Assembly (NCBI GenBank): GCA_965116695.1
Contig: OZ220706.1
Location: 3,024,283-3,088,282, forward strand
Reading direction: 5' to 3'
Source: Acidobacteriota bacterium
Lineage (GTDB): Bacteria; Acidobacteriota; UBA6911; RPQK01; JAJDTT01
DNA: 64,000 nucleotides
Positions within the stretch are counted from its first letter, which is position 1. Every line of letters begins with the position of its first letter. The notes beneath the pieces are model-generated. The model ran no database searches and had not been told where the DNA came from. It worked only from the letters and a program-made list of their open reading frames with translations. This document shows positions 61,706 through 64,000 of the stretch, piece by piece. The position numbers and the translations under genes were made by a program.

Positions 61706-62020
61706 ATGAATCGAAAGTTCGGCCTACTGGCCATCGCCCTGGTCGTTGCTCTCCTGCTGCCGGCCATCTCCGTGCAGGCACAGGCCGAAGAGGGCGGCGC
61801 CTCGACCAGCCTGGAGATCCACTGGCTTGCAGTCGCCATGGCCATCGCCGCGGCCGGCTGCGGCTATGGCCAGAGCCGGGTCCTGACCGCCGCCTGCGAA
61901 GGCGTCTCCAGAAACCCCGGAGCCTCCGACACAATCCGTTTCTTCTTCATCCTGGGACTCGCCTTCATCGAGTTCCTCGCCCTTCTGACCTTTGTCGTCG
62001 TTCTCCTGGTGAGCGGGTAG
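61706..62020 (+). CDS. atpE: F0F1 ATP synthase subunit c with N-terminal signal-like extension
   Basis: RBS AAGGAG; polar loop RNP; ion-binding Glu in GLAFIE; extra N-terminal hydrophobic segment ending VQA-QA. Confidence 0.93.
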   Translation: MNRKFGLLAIALVVALLLPAISVQAQAEEGGASTSLEIHWLAVAMAIAAAGCGYGQSRVLTAACEGVSRNPGASDTIRFFFILGLAFIEFLALLTFVVVLLVSG

Positions 62021-62046
62021 ATCCCCTTCGGAAGAGTACGGCGATT

Positions 62047-62094
62047 CAAGAAAAGAGACACGACCCCCTGGGAGTTCCAAAGGGGGTCGTGTCT
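62047..62094 (-). terminator. Rho-independent terminator between convergent atpE and sigma54 activator
   Basis: 14-bp stem AGACACGACCCCCT / AGGGGGTCGTGTCT; U-rich tail CTTTTCTTG on the minus strand. Confidence 0.7.
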
Positions 62095-62123
62095 TCAGAC
62101 GCCGGCTCCGGGCGCGAAGCCGT

Positions 62124-64000
62124 TCATTGCTTCGATCGGAGGCCGTATTTCTTCAACTTGCGATAGAGCGTCGCGCGATTGATGCCCAGGGCTTGGGCTG
62201 CGCGCGCGACGTTGTCTTGGGAAGCTTCGAGCGCATGGACCAAGTGCCTGCGCTCGACCGTCTCCAGCGGCAGAATCGCCTCGCTGTCGTGGGAGTCCTT
62301 CCGAACCGGCAGGTGCAGCAACTCCGGCGGTAGATTATCGACTTGCAGAACAGCCGTCGTTTCCAACAGAACGGCCCGTTCAATGGCATTCTCGAGCTCA
62401 CGCACGTTGCCGGGCCAAGCGTACTGAAGCATCGTTCGCACCGTAGCATTGGAAAGACCGACGATGGAACGATTGGCCTGTTCGGCGTATTTCTTCAGAA
62501 AATGGTTGGCCAGAACAGGGATGTCTTCCCGCCGTTCTCTCAAGGGCGGAATTTCGATGGGGAAGACGGCCAGACGATAATACAGGTCCTGGCGGAATTT
62601 TCCCTTCTGAAGCGCTTCCTCCAGATTCGTGTTGGTGGCTGCAATCACGCGCACGTCGATCCGGCGGGTGGCCGAAGCGCCAATGGGTTGAACCTCTCGC
62701 TCCTGCAGAACCCGCAACAGCTTGGTTTGCGCCACCGGATTCATCTCGCCGATCTCGTCGAGAAAGATGGTTCCGCCGTCGGCGCGCTCGAAGGCCCCTG
62801 GCCTCCGGGTGTTCGCTCCCGTAAAAGCCCCCTTCTCGTGGCCGAAAAGCTCGCTTTCAATCAACGTATCCGGGAGAGCCACACAATTGACGGCAACAAA
62901 CGGTCTCTTCCGGCGGACACTGTGGAAGTGAAATGACTTGGCGACCATTTCCTTACCGGTCCCACTCTCACCCCGGATGAGCACCGTAACGTCGCTGTCC
63001 GCGACCTGCTGAATCAGCTCGTAGACGCGGCGCATCTTGGCGCTGGCTCCCACCATGCCGGCAAACGAGTAGGTTGTCTCCAGTTCGGTCCGCAGACGGA
63101 GCACCTCCGCTCTCATCCGCTCGATCTCGATTTCACTCGACACGTCCCGAAGCACTATCAGACGGCCGATCTCCCCTTGTCGATCATCCTGCACGGGGAC
63201 ATTGGATCGATAGAACAGGCGCTGTCCCGGAAGCCGATCGGATGCGACCGCTTCCACCAGGTTTTCGCCGTTCCTGAAAACGAACCTTCCTTCCAACTCC
63301 GGTAAACTGGGTTCCCGGAACCGTTCCTCGAACCGGTCCGAGAGCGCGTCCGGCGAGATCGTTTTCATTTCGCTCTGCCTAAGGTCGACCAGTTCCTGGT
63401 ACCCCCGATTGGCAAAGACCACACATCCGGCAGGGTCGAACATGACCATGGCGTCGCCGGCGGCATCGAGCACGGCTTCAAGCCTCTGATGGCTGTCGGC
63501 GAGTTGCCGCCGTTTCTTGTTCAAATTCTGTTCGATGTTCCATTTCCCGACCAATGACAGCGTAATCTGTTGTATTTCCTCCCACGCGAACGGCTTCCGG
63601 ATATATAGCAACTTGTGGAGCAGCTCCATGTCCTGAATGATGTCGGACAATGGCCGGTCCGCGTATGCGGTCATGATGACGATCTCGATGTCACTATCGA
63701 TTTTTCTGATCCGCCGAATCGTCTCCACACCGTCGATGCCGGGAGGCATCCTGACGTCGACATAGGCCAAGGCGATGGGATCACCCGAGTCTCTGGCGTC
63801 CTGCACGATCCGGCAAGCCTCCTCGCCCCCGGTCGCGTGCATGAGTTCGTAGTGCGGAAAAGTGAATCCGTCCACTTCGTCGATGAAGGTACCGGCAAAC
63901 GCATCCGTGGAACTAGCGGAAGTATCTGGCGTCAACATCTCGATGAAGTCATTGTGGATCTCCGTCTGGTCATCGACCACCAGTACCCGATTGTTCCTGT
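62124..64000 (-). CDS. Sigma54-dependent activator (REC-PAS-AAA+-Fis HTH), 5'-truncated by window edge
   Basis: RVLVVDD...DVRMPPGIDG...KPF; PAS (FAN...); GESGTGKE, GAFTGA, FLDEIGE, WPGNVRELEN, AA.ALGI.RATLYRKLK. Confidence 0.95.
   Translation of the reverse strand, partial: RNNRVLVVDDQTEIHNDFIEMLTPDTSASSTDAFAGTFIDEVDGFTFPHYELMHATGGEEACRIVQDARDSGDPIALAYVDVRMPPGIDGVETIRRIRKIDSDIEIVIMTAYADRPLSDIIQDMELLHKLLYIRKPFAWEEIQQITLSLVGKWNIEQNLNKKRRQLADSHQRLEAVLDAAGDAMVMFDPAGCVVFANRGYQELVDLRQSEMKTISPDALSDRFEERFREPSLPELEGRFVFRNGENLVEAVASDRLPGQRLFYRSNVPVQDDRQGEIGRLIVLRDVSSEIEIERMRAEVLRLRTELETTYSFAGMVGASAKMRRVYELIQQVADSDVTVLIRGESGTGKEMVAKSFHFHSVRRKRPFVAVNCVALPDTLIESELFGHEKGAFTGANTRRPGAFERADGGTIFLDEIGEMNPVAQTKLLRVLQEREVQPIGASATRRIDVRVIAATNTNLEEALQKGKFRQDLYYRLAVFPIEIPPLRERREDIPVLANHFLKKYAEQANRSIVGLSNATVRTMLQYAWPGNVRELENAIERAVLLETTAVLQVDNLPPELLHLPVRKDSHDSEAILPLETVERRHLVHALEASQDNVARAAQALGINRATLYRKLKKYGLRSKQ

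Overview
High-GC bacterial chromosome segment, most consistent with Acidobacteriota (inferred from the DUF1549/DUF1553-DUF1501 pair, a small conserved gene before dtd, a split ATP synthase operon and an LPS heptosyltransferase). Content is mostly housekeeping: pyrF, ruvAB, moxR-DUF58-transglutaminase, yacG-pgpA-pncC-thpR, a split B12 acyl-CoA mutase, dtd, an anti-sigma/anti-anti-sigma pair, uppS-cdsA-dxr-rseP, truA, yebC-ruvC, grpE/clpB, a LysM lytic transglycosylase, uvrB-aroA-aroK, UDP-GlcA decarboxylase, higBA, an 11-gene nuo cluster lacking nuoEFG, a partial Fo operon, and a sigma54 activator cut by the window edge. I saw no rRNA, tRNA, CRISPR array, transposase or integrase. Strongest unexplained signals: (1) a 132-bp MITE inserted in frame exactly at the aroA-stop/aroK-start overlap; (2) a phased DnaA-box-like cluster with a T-rich tract near 29.1 kb and no dnaA nearby; (3) a ~195-aa repeat-built polybasic N-terminal arm on NuoC of a complex I lacking its NADH module; (4) recurrent -10 boxes 5-8 nt before start codons, suggesting leaderless mRNAs; (5) several structured intergenic elements, including a possible pseudoknotted RNA; (6) isobutyryl-CoA-mutase specificity residues; (7) a decayed second HigA-like gene. 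All calls are by eye from the sequence and the ORF track; no searches were run.
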